Shown here in pieces: positions 50,296 to 63,337 of a stretch of DNA of 64,000 bases. The DNA is from Pristiophorus japonicus. Lineage: Eukaryota. The notes below the pieces were generated by a model. The model worked only from the letters and a program-made list of their open reading frames with translations, made no database searches and was not told where the DNA came from. The stretch spans positions 124,001 to 188,000 of the forward strand of contig NW_027253510.1 of the NCBI RefSeq assembly GCF_044704955.1. Direction: 5' to 3'. Position 1 is the first letter of the stretch. The number at the start of each line of letters is the position of its first letter. The position numbers were made by a program, and so were the translations under genes.

Positions 50296-53022
50296 TGTTA
50301 TGTCTTTTTCGATGCTCTGATAATGACTCCACGAGGCAGTGTGTTGTACTTGAACTGTAGTGACCTTAGTCCTTTATTGATAACTCCAGCGTGAGGATTA
50401 CACCTGGTGGCCTGCCTTTTATACTGGGCCAGGCACACCTGTACAGGTAACCTACAAGTCTCCCACTGCAGTGCCCTCTGGTGGCACACCTTGTAATAGT
50501 GCAAGCAGTAACCATGTAGGGTACATGACATCGCTCTCCCCCAAGCCTTTAGTGCAAATCGCCTCTGCATTGACTGTGCTCTGGGCTTAGCTCTATCTGG
50601 TTGACCCTTGGCGGGTCGTTTCTATTTTGGGTGAGTGGTTGGTGTTTCGTTGGCAGTAGAGTGCTGGTGGTTACTGTTTGTGTGTGTGTCCATGACCATT
50701 TCATTCTCCCCCCCCCACATATAGATTATGCCGGAGGTTCATTGCATTCATATACATTCAAGTCCAGAAAAACAAGTTTGCATTACATTTGAGGTGACAC
50801 GCCATGGTGCACAACTCTGGCCCCAGGGACGCAGGCTACTACATTGGGTAGCTCACTGGACCTGTGTGCTCCCGATTGGTGTCTGCCCACTGCATTGGTT
50901 GAGTGCAGTTGAAATCCTACATCGCACAACGTTTCATTACTCATTATAAATAACTTGTAGCTCCGATCGTGATCACGCACCTTTTCTTTGTTTATTGCAT
51001 GTACACAACGCTGATCATCAATTTCACATCTTGCATCTGGCTCACCGTTGACTTTACATTGTTTGAAAATGTGGAACAGTCCCTTTAAGTGTGGTGGGTT
51101 GCAGGCCTCCTTTAAGAGAGCTTTGCCATCTTTACCCCAATCCTCTTCTCTGGTGCCACGTGTTGCTCCATCAGCGCAGCACCTCGTGGTCTGGCCGTCG
51201 CCATCTTTTTCTTCGGTGCATCACCTCGTGGTTTGGGCGCCATCTTCCCTCCATCCACGATGTCGACTGCGGTGATCCTCTTCTCCCCGGGATCTGCCAC
51301 CGAAGCTGGGAAGTCGCCTTCGGATCCAATTTTCTTCCTCCGGAGTCCTGCCACTGGAGCCTGGAAGGTGTGTTCGGGTTGTCTCAGCTGGATCATCTCC
51401 ACATGCTGAGCGGTCTGTGCCTCGGGTGCTGTGCTGGTCTGCTTGCTGATGCCGGGTCCACCCTCAAGTGAGGGCTTGCTGTGCCTCCGAGCGCGGAGGA
51501 TGTCGATTGCTGGAGGGATGGAGTCCTCCCACTTGCAATGGATCTTCTCCATCCACCTTCTTCCGAGTAGCATTGGTCCATCACCTGCAACAATCCACAG
51601 AGGTAACTTGTGCACTGCGCCATCATGGAGTACCTTTACATTCGCAGTACCAACAACTGGGATAAGTTCATCGGTGCAGGTGCGCAGCTTTGCCTGAACC
51701 AGGACCAACTTGGTTCATTCAGCCTGATTGTCCCATAACCTCTCAAAGGTTTCTTGATTCATTACTGACTGGCTCACCCCTGTGTCCACTTCCATGAAGA
51801 CTGGAACACCATCTATCTCGACTTCCATCCTCAATGGGGAACCTTCGGTGGTGTAGGTAAACGTGCTATATACCTCATCATGGGGCTGAGCTGTCTCTCT
51901 GCCTATCGTTTCATAATCTACGCTGGATTCATGGCCATCTGCAGACTCTTCATCGACACAGTGAGTCATATTTCTCTTACACATTCGCTTGAGGTGGCCC
52001 TTTGTGCTGCAGCCTTTACACACAGTCTTTAAAACGGCACTGGTGAGCCCTGTGATTCCCTCCGCAACGCCAGAATGGAGCTACTCGGTTAGTGCCCCTC
52101 GGCGAACTCTGAGTTAAGGGCCTCAGGGGTCTGTTCTCTCTTCCCTGAGAAGGTTCACGTTCTACAGTCCAGCCTCTAAAAGACGCCACTCTGTGCATAG
52201 TACTTGCAGGGTTTGAGTCCTGAGGATGGGCCATCTGCCTAGAAACGCAGGTCGAGGTCATGAATGTCTGGCTCACAGAGATGGCCTTCTGCAGTGTGAC
52301 TGTGGTATCCGCAGACAGTAGCTTATGAAGAAGGCTCTCATGGCCGATTCCAATGACAAAAATGTCTCGCAGCGCTTCAGTGATGTGGTCGCCAAAATCA
52401 CACGGTGCCACCAGCCTCCTGAGGTCTGCAGCATATTTTGCAATTTCTTGGCCGTCGGTGGGTGCTGAACCAGTGTCTGGCTGTGAGGATGCTCTCCTTG
52501 GGCTTCAGTTGCTCTTGGATCAGCGTTACAAGCTCCTTGTACGTCTTGGTCGTTGTCTTCGCTGGTGCCAGCAAGTCCCTGACGAGGTCATAGATGATGG
52601 GACCACAACTGGTTAGCAGGATAGCTCTGCATTTATCAGCCAGTGTGGCCGGGTTTTCTCCTGCCAGGTCTTTGCTGTGAAGAAATGATCGAGCCTCTCC
52701 ACAAAGGCATCCCAATCATCACCATCGGCAAACTGCTGCAATGTACCAAGGGTAGCCATTTTCGCGTGAAGGTTCCTAATCTCGTCGCCAATTGTTGTCT
52801 TTAGATACGCTGACAATGATTGCATGAGGCAATGTGTTGTACTTGAACTGTAGTGACCTTAGTCCTTTATTGGTAACTCCAGAGTGAGGATCACACCTGG
52901 TGGCCTGCCTTTTATACTAGGTCAGGCACACCTGTACAGGGAACCTGCAAGTCTCCCACTGTGGTGCCCTCTGGTGGCACACCTTGCAATAGTGTAAGCA
53001 GTAACATGTCAGACACATGACA
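50296..53022 (-). mobile_element. Internally deleted, non-autonomous Gypsy element (gag + protease only)
   Basis: LTRs 50296-50530 and 52793-53022; near-TSD GTAAA/GTAAG; PBS TGGCGACGAG; gag (GDDWDAFVERL; WRCGGNHRAHQC), protease VDTG; no RT or integrase. Confidence 0.88.
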
Positions 53023-53371
53023 GTAAGGGATAAAGAGGAGTCAGGAGGTGTATTGAGAAGAAATCAATGGGCCAGGGTGTGAGCATCATTTGGGAAATAA
53101 GTGAAGAGAAGGCATGGGAGGGAGATTGGGGAGAATCTACAGTGATGGGGATCAGGGAGGAAGACTCGGGGAGGTTGGGGAGGAAGTGGCAGAGGCAGCT
53201 GTATGCATGAAGCAAAGAAATCCTGGAGCTTTTCATATCAGGCCATATAATGATCAGTTGTTTAGAATTTACTGAAGCTCAGGTGAGCTGCCTGCAGTTT
53301 TCATTGAAACATTTCAGACATTTATCAACCTTCAGACCGGTTTTTAAGTGATTGATATTTTCCCATTAAAG

Positions 53372-53716
53372 GTGCAGTTGTCCCTGTCCTGACCCAGTCT
53401 CCGAGCCTGGAACGTGTCACAGAGGGTCACACGGCGCGGTTACAGTGCACCATGCGGAACGCCAGAGTGAGTGACACCGATGTCCACTGGTACCGGCAAC
53501 TACCGGGGCAAGATACGGAGTGGGTTTTAACACATGAGGCAAGTGGCAGCACACGAGGGAGCCCAGGTTCCACTGACCATCTCCAGCCTTCCAGAGACAC
53601 CTCCAATAACAGCTTCATTCTGACAGTCACAGACGTGCAGCCCAGTGACACTGCCGCCTATTACTGTAAAGTGTGGGGCGATATCAGCGGGAACGGAACC
53701 CAGCTCAATGTAACCA
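53372..53716 (+). CDS. Exon V2 of the multi-VJ receptor
   Basis: Acceptor tttcccattaaAG (ends 53371; in-frame alternative CAG ending 53377), donor A|GTAAGT (53717), phase 1/1; AVVPVLTQSPSLERVTEGHTARLQC...VHWYRQLPG...DTAAYYCKVWGDISGNGTQLNVT. Confidence 0.92.
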
Positions 53717-54334
53717 GTAAGTATAAATTACATTTGGTTTTATTCATAATAGCGTTACTACATAGAGGGTAATTTTACAACAATACACTCCCAGTCGAGA
53801 GGCACACACACACTGGGAGCATGGACTGGAGAATTGGGGCTGTGATGTTGTGGCCCTATATCTGACCCACATTCCATGGGACTGTGGCTTCTCACTGGGA
53901 GCACGGCATTGTGGGATCCCTCTTATACACACTTCACTTCTCAATAGAACACAGGAGCTTCCCAAACTTGATGGAAATATTTTGTTTAGCCTAAAGTGTG
54001 ATTTCACTTACACTGACAGGGATTAGGAATTCTAAGGCGATTTGATTCTTTTAAAATTCAACATTACTACACGTTAAAGTGCCAGTAATCCGTCACAGTG
54101 CAACTCAGCAGCAGATAGTTTTGCAATAATTTCTCACATTTATCTGCGCCTATTTTCTCCTCGTGATGGTCCAGTCCACAGTCCCTGACTCCTTGCCCAA
54201 GTTACCATTCACACCCACACATATCCCCATCAGTGTTACCCTGCATTTGCTTTTTGATGCGTGGTCCCTTTAACGGGCGGCGCGGCCCATTCAAAGTTTC
54301 ACATCGGGAAAGCTGAACCCGGGCTGTGCTGATC

Positions 54335-54950
54335 TCCCCCTCCCCCACATCCCCCCCCACCACATCACCCCTCCCCCTCCCCCACGTCCCCCCCCAGCCA
54401 CATCACCCCTCCCCCTCCCCCACGTCCCCCCCCACCCACATCACCCCTCCCCCACGTCCCCTCCCCCATCCAATCACCCCTCCCCCTCCCCCACGTCCTC
54501 TCCCCCACCCACATCACCCCTCCCCCTCCCCCACGTCCCCCCCCACCCACATCACCCCTCCCCCTCCCCCACGTCCTCTCCCCCACCCACATCACCCCTC
54601 CCCCACGTCGTCCCCCACCCACATCACCCCTCCCCCACGTCCCCCCCAACCACATCACCCCTCCCCCTCCCCCACGTCCCCTCCCCCTCCCCCACGTCCC
54701 CTCCCCCACGTCCCCTCCCCCTCCCCCACGTCCCCTCCCCCTCCCTCACGTCCCCTCCCCCACCAACGCCCCCTCTCCACCACCCACATCCTGCTCCCTC
54801 ACGTCCCCTCCCCAACCCACTTCCCCCCTCCCCCACCCACATCCCCCCTCCCCCACGTCCCCTCCCCCACCCACATCCCCCCTCCCCCACCCACATCCCC
54901 ATGTCCCCGCACATCCCCTCCCCTCCCCCACCCACATATCCCTCCCTTAC
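54335..54950. repeat. C-rich low-complexity tandem repeat (G-quadruplex-prone on the - strand)
   Basis: Iterated cccctccccc / cacgtcccc / cacatcaccc motifs. Confidence 0.9.
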
Positions 54951-55329
54951 CCTCGATTTAATTCCTAAGTTGATTTTTATGCTGCTCCTTTCCGCTCCCG
55001 ACAGGATTTGTTCATTCTTTATAAATTCACCTGAAATAATGGTTTGTGGTTAATTCCATAAAAATTGTTTGGCTGGATTTGCGATGTTCTGGGCAGAGGA
55101 TGTGTTCCCCCTCGCACCAAGTGCAGTTATTGAAGTAGGGCAGGGATGACCATCACTGGTATAACATTGAGACAAACACCATGCGCTGTATATTTTAGGT
55201 ACTTGCTGTCTCACAATACAAGCTGTTCTCGCTCCACAGTCCCATTGACCAGTTTTATGCTCCGACTTCCTTCTGTTTGAATCAAACTTTGATAAAGTTT
55301 ACACTTGTATTATTCAAGCTTTTATATAA

Positions 55330-56210
55330 TCTTACAGCACAGAAAGAGGCCATTCGGCCCATCGTGCCCGTGCTGGCTCTTTGAAAGAACGATCCAATTA
55401 GTCCCACTGCCCCTGCTCTTTCCCCACAGCCCAGCAATTTTATTCCTTTTCAAGTATTTATCCAATTCCATTTTGAAAGTTACCATTGAATCTTCCACCG
55501 CCGTTTCAGGCAGCACATTCCAGATCACAGCAACTCGCTGCGTAAAAAGGAATTCTCATCTCTTTCCCCCCTCCCCCCTGGTACTTTTGTTAATTATCGT
55601 CAATCTGTGTGCTCTGGTTACTGATCCTCCCCACACTGGAAACATTTCATCCTCATTTACTCCAGCAAAACCCCTCAGAATTTTGACACCTTGATTAAAT
55701 CCCCCTGTAACTTCACTGCTCTAAGGAGAACAATCCTAACTTCTTCAGTCTCTCCACATAACTGAAGTCCCTCATCTCTGGTCTCATTCTAGTAAATCTC
55801 CTCTGCACCCTCGCCAAGGCCTTGACATCGTTCCTAAAGTGTGGTGCCCAGAATTGGACACAATAGTCCAGCTGAGACCTAACCAGTGATGTATGGAGGT
55901 TTAGCATCACTTCCTTGCTTTTGTACTCTACACCTCGATTTATAAACCCAGGGTTTTTTAGCTCTTTTAAAGCCTCATCAACTTGTCCTGCCACTATGAA
56001 GATTTGTGTATGTGAACCCCCAGGGCTCCCTGTTCCTGCACCCACTTTATAATTGCACCATTTAGTTCATATTACCATTCCTCATTTTTCCTTCCAAAAT
56101 GCATCACTTCACACTTCTCTGCATTAAATTGCATCTGCCATGTATCTGCCCATTTCACCAGTCCTCCTGGAGGCTGCTGCTTTCCTCCTCATCTGCAAAC
56201 TTTGAAATTA
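55330..56210 (-). mobile_element. Older CR1 3' fragment
   Basis: LVRSQLDYCVQFWAPH..LKKLGLFSLEQ (55713-56045). Confidence 0.85.
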
Positions 56211-56544
56211 TGCCCTCTATATCCCAGTCTATTTTCAGCATTTTAAAAACCTGCTTCATGTCCTCTCTCAATGAAATATCCCTGCTCCAGTGAGAACTAA
56301 TCTAATTCTATCGTCACACTTCTACACAGGGTATGGTGAGGCCACACCTGGAGTACTGCGTGCAGTTTTAGTCTCCGTATTTACGGAAGGATAGACTTGC
56401 ATTGGAGGCTGTTCAGAGAAGGTTCACCAGGTTGATTCCGGAGATGGGCAGAAAAGTGGAGCTGAGTCCATGATCGGATTAGCCATGATCTTATTGAATG
56501 GCGGAGCAGGCTCGAGGAGCCAAATGGCCTACTCCTCCTCCTAC

Positions 56545-59500
56545 ATAAGAACAGAAGAACATAAGAATTAGGAACAGGAGTAGGCCATCTAGCCCCTCGA
56601 GCCTGCTCCGCCATTCAACAAGATCATGGCTGATCTGGCCGTGGACTCAGCTCCACTTACCCGCCCGCTCCCCATAACCCTTAATTCCCTTATTGGTTAA
56701 AAATCTATCCATCTGTGACTTGAATACATTCAATGAGCTAGCCTCAACTGCTTCCTTGGGCAGAGAATTCCACAGATTCACAACCCTCTGGGAGAAGAAA
56801 TTCCTTCTCAACTCGGTTTTAAATTTGCTCCCCCATATTTTGAGGCTGTGCCCCCTAGTTCTGGTCTCCCCGAACCTCTCTGCCTCTATCTTGTCTATCC
56901 CTTTCATTATTTTAAATGTTTCTAATAAGATCACCCCTCATCCTTCTGAACTCCAACGAGTAAAGACTCACTCTACTCAATCTATCATCATCAGGTAACC
57001 CCCTCATCTCCGGAATCAGCCTAGTGAATCATCTCTGTACCCGCTTCAAGCTAGTAAATCCTTCCTTTAGTAAGGTGAGCAAAACTGCACGCAGTACTCC
57101 AGGTGCGGCCTCACCAATACCCTATACAGTTGCAAAAGGACCTCCCTGCTTTTGTACTCCATCCCTCTCGCAATGAAGGCCAACATTCCATTCGCCTTCC
57201 TGATTACCTGCTGCACCTGCAAACTAACTTTTTGGGATCCATGCACAAGGACCCCCAAGTCCCTCTGCCTAACAGCATGTTGTAATTTCTCCCCATTCAA
57301 ATAATATTCCCTTTTACTGTTTTTGTTCCCAAGGTGGATGACCTCACACTTTCCGACATTGTATTCCATCTGCGAAAGCTTAGCCCATTTGCTTAACCTA
57401 TCTAAATCTCTTTGCAGCCTCTCTGTGTTCTCGACACAACCGCTTTCCCACTAATCTTTGTGTCATCTGCAAATTTTGTTGCACTATACTCTGTCCTCTC
57501 TTCCAGGTCATCTATGTATATTGTAAACAGTTGTGGTCCCAGCACCGATCCCTGTGGCACACCACTAACATCGATTTCCAACCTGAAAAGGACCCATTTA
57601 TCTCGACTCTCTGCTTTCTGTTAGCCAGCCAATTCTCGATCCATGCTCATACATTTCATCTCACTCCGCGTACTTTTATCTTCTACAGTAACCTTTTGTG
57701 TTGCACCTTATCGAATGCCTTTTGAAAATCTAAATACACCACATCCATCGGTACACCTCTATCCACCATGCTCATTATATCCTCAAAGAATTCCAGTAAA
57801 TTAGTTAAACATGATTTCCCCTTCATCAATCCATGCTGCGTCTGCTTGATTGCACTATTCCTATCTAGATGTCCCGCTATTTCTTCCTGAATGATAGTTT
57901 CAAGCATTTTCCCACTACAGATGTTAAACTAACCAGCCTATAGTTACCTGCCTTTTGTCTGCCCTCTTTTTTATACAGAGGCGTTACATTAGCTGCTTTC
58001 CAATCCGCTGGTACCTCCCCAGAGTCCAGAGAATTTTGGTAGATTATAACGAATGCATCTGCTATAACTTCCGCCATCTCTTTTAATACCCTGGGATGCA
58101 TTTCATCAGGACCAGGGGACTTGTCTACCTTGAGTCCCATTAGCCTGTCCAGCACTACCCCCCTAGTGATAGTGATTGTCTCAAGGCCTCCCTTCCCACA
58201 TTCCCGTGACCAGCAATTTTTGGCATGGTTTTTGTGTCTTCCACTGTGAAGACCGAAGCAAAATAATTATTTAAAGTCTCAGCCATTTCCACATTTCCCA
58301 TTATTAAATCCCCCTTCTCATCTTCTAAGGGACCAGCATTTACTTTTGTCACTCTTTTCCATTTTATATATCTGTAAAAGCTTTTACTATCCGTTTTTAT
58401 GTTTTGCGCAAGTTTACCTTCGTAATCTATCTTTCCTTTCTTTATTGCTTTCTTAGTCATTCTTTGCTGTCGTTTAAAATTTTCCCAATCTTCTAGTTTC
58501 CCACTAACCTTGGCCACCTTATACGCATTGGTTTTTAATTTGATACTCTCCTTTATTTCCTTGGTTATCCACGGCTGGTTATCCCTTCTCTTACCGCCCT
58601 TCTTTTTCACTGGAATATATTTTTGTTGAGCACTATGAAAGAGCTCCTTAAAAGTCCTCCACTGTTCCTCAATTGTGCCACCATTTAGTCTGTTTTTCCA
58701 GTCTACTTTAGCCAACTCTGCCCTCATCCCACTGTAGTCCCCTTTGTTTAAGCATAGTACGCTCGTTTGAGACACTACTTCCTCACCCTCAATCTGTATT
58801 ACAAATTCAATCATACTGTGATCACTCGTTCCGCGAGGATCTTTTATGAGGAGATCATTTATTATTCCTGTCTCATTACACAGGACCAGATCTAAGATAG
58901 CTTGCTCCCTTGTAGGTTCTGTATCATACTGTTCTCAGAAACAATCCCATATGCATTCTATGAATTCCTCCTCCAGGCTACCCCGTGCGATTTGATTTGA
59001 CCAATCGATCAGTAGGTTAAAATCCCCCATGATTACTGCTATTCCTTTTTCACATGCCTCCATTATTCCCTTGATTATTGCCCGCCCCACCATGAAGTTA
59101 TTATTTGGGGGCCTATAAGTGACTTTTTCCCCTTACTATCTCTAATCTCCACCCACAATGATTCAACATTTTGTTCATTAGAGCCAATATCGTCTCTCAC
59201 AACTGCCCTGATATCATCCTTTATTAACAGAGCTACCCCACCTCCTTTCCCTTCTTGTCTATCTTTCCGAATCGTCAGATACCCCTGTATGTTTAATTCC
59301 CAGTCTTGGTCTTGCAACCACATTTCTGTATTGGCCACCAAATCATACCCATTTGTAATGCTTTGTGCCGTCAACTCATTTACTTTATTTCGAATGCTGC
59401 GTGCTTTTAGGTAGACTGTTTTAAGACTAGTTTTTAAACCATGATTTTTAGTTTTGACCCTTCCTCCAGCCCCTTTATATTCAGTGGCCCTTTTTGTTTT

Positions 59501-59740
59501 TTGCCTTGGATTTCTCTGCCGTCCACTTTTACTCATCTCCTTTCTGTCTTTTGCTTTTGTCTCCTTTTTGTTTCCCTCTGTCTCCCTGCATTGGTTCCCA
59601 TCCCCCGCCATATTAGTTTAACTCCTCCCCAACAGCACGAGCAAACACTCCCCCCAGGACATTGGTTCCGGTCCTGCCTAGGTGCAGACCGCCTGGTTTG
59701 TACTGGTCCCACCTCCCCCAGAACCTGTTCCAATGTCCGT
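56545..59740 (-). mobile_element. CR1 (subfamily B), degenerate, tail-to-tail with a short + strand CR1 3' piece (~56327-56540)
   Basis: ORF2 fragments 56647-59611; tail acataagaacagaagaacataagaattagg. Confidence 0.93.
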
Positions 59741-59894
59741 AACTTCTTATGTTCTTATCCACAGCTCTCGCCCACTCTGCTGCTATAACTCTGCCTGGGG
59801 TGCATGGGAGGGCTGCAAATTATTCCTGGACCCGGATATGCCTGGTCCCAGCCTTCCATTGGCCTTTTGGAGGCACCAGGGATAGACACTAAGA

Positions 59895-60685
59895 GAAAGA
59901 ACCTGCACTTCTATAGCGCCTTTCAGTCTCGGGATGTCCCAAAGCACTTTACATAAGCCAATGAAGTACATGTGAAGTGTAGTCTCTGTTGTAATTTAGG
60001 AAACACACAAGGTCCCACAAACAGCGATTAAATAAATAGCCAGATCATGTGTTTTAGGTATAAATGTTGGCCTGGACACTGGGAGAACTCCCCTGCTAAT
60101 CTTCGAATAATGCCGTGAGATCTTTTACATCCAACTGAGATGGCAATCTTGGTTTGACATCTCATTTCAATAACAGCACCTCCAACAGTGCAGCACACCC
60201 TCCATACTGCACTGGAGTGTCGAGATATGTGCTGGAATCTCTGGAGTGGGACTTGAACCCACGAATTTTGACTCTGAGAAAGAAAGATTTGAATTTCTAC
60301 AGTGCTTTTCATGACCTCATGATGTCCCAAAGCACTTTACAGCCAATGAAGTACTTGTTCAAATGTAGACACTGTTGTAATGTAGGAAACACGGCAGCTA
60401 CTTTGCACACAGCAAGCTCCCATAAACAGCAATGTGATAATGGCCAGGGCACTGGGGATAACTTCCCTGCTCTTCTTCAAAATAGTGCCGTGGGATCTTT
60501 TACATCCACTTGAGAGAGCAGACGGGGCCTCGGTTTAATAACTCATTCAAAAGCTGGCACCTCGGACAGTGCAGCGCTCCCTCAGCACTGCACTGGGAGT
60601 GTCAGCCTACTGCACTCCATACTGCACTGGAATGTCTAGATATGTGCTGAAGTCTCTGGAGTGGGACATGAACCCATAACCTTCA
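59895..60685 (-). mobile_element. Two adjacent Deu-domain-like SINE copies
   Basis: Twice-repeated block ...gcacctccgacagtgcagcactccctc..actgcactggagtgtc...ctctggagtgggacttgaaccc with an L2-like tail; family assignment is by recall, not search. Confidence 0.6.
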
Positions 60686-60771
60686 AACTCCAAATGTTAT
60701 AAATTGTTAAACTTTGAACGCTGGAGAAATATATTTCTTTGTGTCAGACTCCATATATTTCCCACGTACAG

Positions 60772-61119
60772 ATCCATTGGCTGATCCGGTCCTTGTTCAG
60801 CATCCAACAGTCAGCAAGGTCCCAGAGGGTGAAACCGTGCAGTTACAATGTGCCATGTACAATGCCAGTGTGAGTGACGCTGATGTCCACTGGCACTGCC
60901 AGCGACCCGGGAACAACAGCGAGTGGGTGATGAGCCAGTTTGTGAATGGCACCATTACCAAGTCCTGGGGTTTCCACGACCGTTTTCTGCCTTCCAGGAA
61001 CATCATCAGTAACAGTTACATTCTGACCATCGTGAATGTGTCCCTCATTGATACTGCTGCCTACAGCTGCAGTGTGTGGAGCTACATCTATGGAGCAGGG
61101 ACCCAGCTCAATGTAACCG
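60772..61119 (+). CDS. Exon V3 of the multi-VJ receptor
   Basis: Acceptor tttcccacgtacAG (ends 60771), donor G|GTAAGT (61120), phase 1/1; PLADPVLVQHPTVSKVPEGETVQLQC...VHWHCQRPG...DTAAYSCSVWSYIYGAGTQLNVT. Confidence 0.92.
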
Positions 61120-61683
61120 GTAAGTCAATGTTAGCTCACACTGGCAGGGTCACAGTAACAGCTCCTTACTGGGAACATGTGTAACCTTCACACAGTGGGG
61201 TGGACCAGTGGAAATATACCGTCAGACACAGTGGTTACTGTCGTGCTGTGGAACAGAGAGTGGGAATGTTGTTAGTGATGTGCAAAATGCCAGAGTTGAA
61301 TAGTGGCGATGTAAGAATGGATCAAAACTCTGGAACAACAACAGAACATACGGAATGTCTCGGCCAGTCTGTTTTTTGTGGAGAAAACGGAGGAGTTGAC
61401 ATTTTGGGTGTGGGCCACTCAGAACAAAAGAGAAGGGAGAGGGGAAAACAGACATGGGAAAAGAAATGGGCACACTTATTTGTACTGCAAAAATGGCCGC
61501 CATGCTCCACCCTTTGTCAATGATTGGTCCTTGTGGAGGATAAGCTACACCCTGAAGTTTCACTGGAATGTGTAACTGGAACCGCCCATCCCAAGGTCTC
61601 ACTGACTTTGCAAATTGTAATTCGATCCACTTTGACTTCCTGAAGCGACAGAGTACAGAGCTCTCCAGAAGACAGCAAGGGCC

Positions 61684-61945
61684 TTACCCCAGTCCAGGTA
61701 CATCCCTCCCCCAGCCAAAGTACCTTACCCCAGTCCAAGTATATCCCTCCCCCAGTCAAAGTACCTTACCCCAGACCAAGTATATCCCTCCCCCAGTCAA
61801 AGTACCTTACCCCAGACCAAGTATATCCCTCCCCCAGCCAAAGTACCTTACCCCAGTCCAGGTATATCCCTCCCCCAGCCAAAGTACCTTACCCCAGTCC
61901 AAGTATATCCCTCCCCCAGCCAAAGTACCTTACCCCAGTCCAAGT
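61684..61945. repeat. 41-bp minisatellite (~6 copies)
   Basis: Unit cccagtccaagtatatccctcccccagccaaagtaccttac, built from two related ~20-bp halves. Confidence 0.9.
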
Positions 61946-61947
61946 GC

Positions 61948-62488
61948 ATAGCTAGAGGATTTGAGTATAGGAGCAGGGAGGTCTTACTGCAGTTGTACAG
62001 GGCCTTGGTGAGGCATCACCTGGAATATTGTGTTCAGTTTTGGTCTCCTAATCTGAGGAAGGACATTCTTGCTATTGAGGGAGTGCAGCGAAGGTTCACC
62101 AGACTGATTCCAGGGATGGCTGGACTGACATATGAGGAGAGACTGGATCAACTGGACCTTAATTCACTGGAGTTTAGAAGGATGAGAGGGGATCTCATAG
62201 AGACTTATAAGATTCTGACGGGACTGGACAGGTTAGATGTGGGAAGAATGTTCTCGATGTTGGGGAAGTCCAGAACCAGGGGACATAATCTTAGGATAAG
62301 GGGTAGGCCATTTAGGACTGAGATGAAGAGAAACTTCTTCACTCAGAGAGTAGTTAACCTGTGGAATTCCGTGCCAAAGAGAGTTGTTGATGCCAGTTCA
62401 TTGGATATATTCAAGAGGGAGTTAGATATGGCCTTTACGGCTAAAGAGATCAAGGGGTATGGAGAGAAAGCAGGAAAAGGTTACTGAG
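61948..62488 (+). mobile_element. CR1 ORF2 C-terminal fragment
   Basis: ORF 61993-62487 HLEYCVQFWSP...GYGEKAG. Confidence 0.92.
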
Positions 62489-62497
62489 GGAACTTAA

Positions 62498-63337
62498 CGG
62501 TTGTGCTTATATTAAACCTGGTTTTAATGTTATACCGAGGGAGAGCTGTCTGTCTCGGTTGTGCTTATATTAAACCTGGTTTTAATGTTATACCGAGGGA
62601 GAGCTGTCTGTCTCGGTTGTGCTTATATTAAACCTGGTTTTAATGTTATACCGAGAGAGAGTTGTCTGTCTCGGTTGTGCTTATATTAAACCTGGTTTTA
62701 ATGTTATACCGAGGGAGAGTTGTCTGTCTCGGTTGTGCTTATATTAAACCTGGTTTTAATGTTATACCGAGGGGGAGTTGCCTGTCTCGGTTGTACTTAT
62801 ATTAAACCTGGTTTTAATGTTATACCGAGGGAGAGCTGTCTGTCTCGGTTGTACTTATATTAAACCTGGTTTTAATGTTATACCGAGGGAGAGTTGCCTG
62901 TCTCGGTTGTACTTATATTAAACCTGGTTTTAATGTTATACCGAGGGGGAGTTGTCTGTCTCGGTTGTACTTATATTAAACCTGGTTTTAATGTTATACC
63001 GAGGGGGAGCTGTCTGTCTCGGTTGTGCTTATATTAAACCTGGTTTTAATGTTATACCGAGGGAGAGTTGCCTGTCTCGGTTGTGCTTATATTAAACCTG
63101 GTTTTAATGTTATACCGAGGGGGAGTTGCCTGTCTCGGTTGTGCTTATATTAAACCTGGTTTTAATGTTATACCGAGGGGGAGCTGCCTGTCTCGGTTGT
63201 GCTTATATTAAACCTGGTTTTAATGTTATACCGAGGGGGAGTTGCCTGTCTCGGTTGTACTTATATTAAACCTGGTTTTAATGTTATACCGAGGGGGAGC
63301 TGCCTGTCTCGGTTGTGCTTATATTAAACCTGGTTTT
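62498..63337. repeat. 58-bp quasi-palindromic minisatellite (~14.5 copies)
   Basis: Unit cggttgtgcttatattaaacctggttttaatgttataccgagggagagctgtctgtct. Confidence 0.95.

Noticed and set aside
54326-54961. Pro-rich 211-aa ORF as a mucin or extensin-like stalk
   Set aside because: Translation of a C-rich low-complexity tract without convincing splice sites.
25073-61119. Reading the three V exons as a rearranging TCR/Ig V-segment array
   Set aside because: Each exon already contains the J motif and a splice donor; no RSS, no per-segment leaders, no C1 exon before the TM.
61151-61235. CACAGTG/CACAGTA heptamers after the V3 exon as possible RSS
   Set aside because: No ACAAAAACC-like nonamer at 12 or 23 bp, and they lie in the intron after an already joined J.
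62498-63337. CRISPR-like look of regularly spaced palindromic repeats
   Set aside because: No unique spacers, no cas genes, eukaryotic context.
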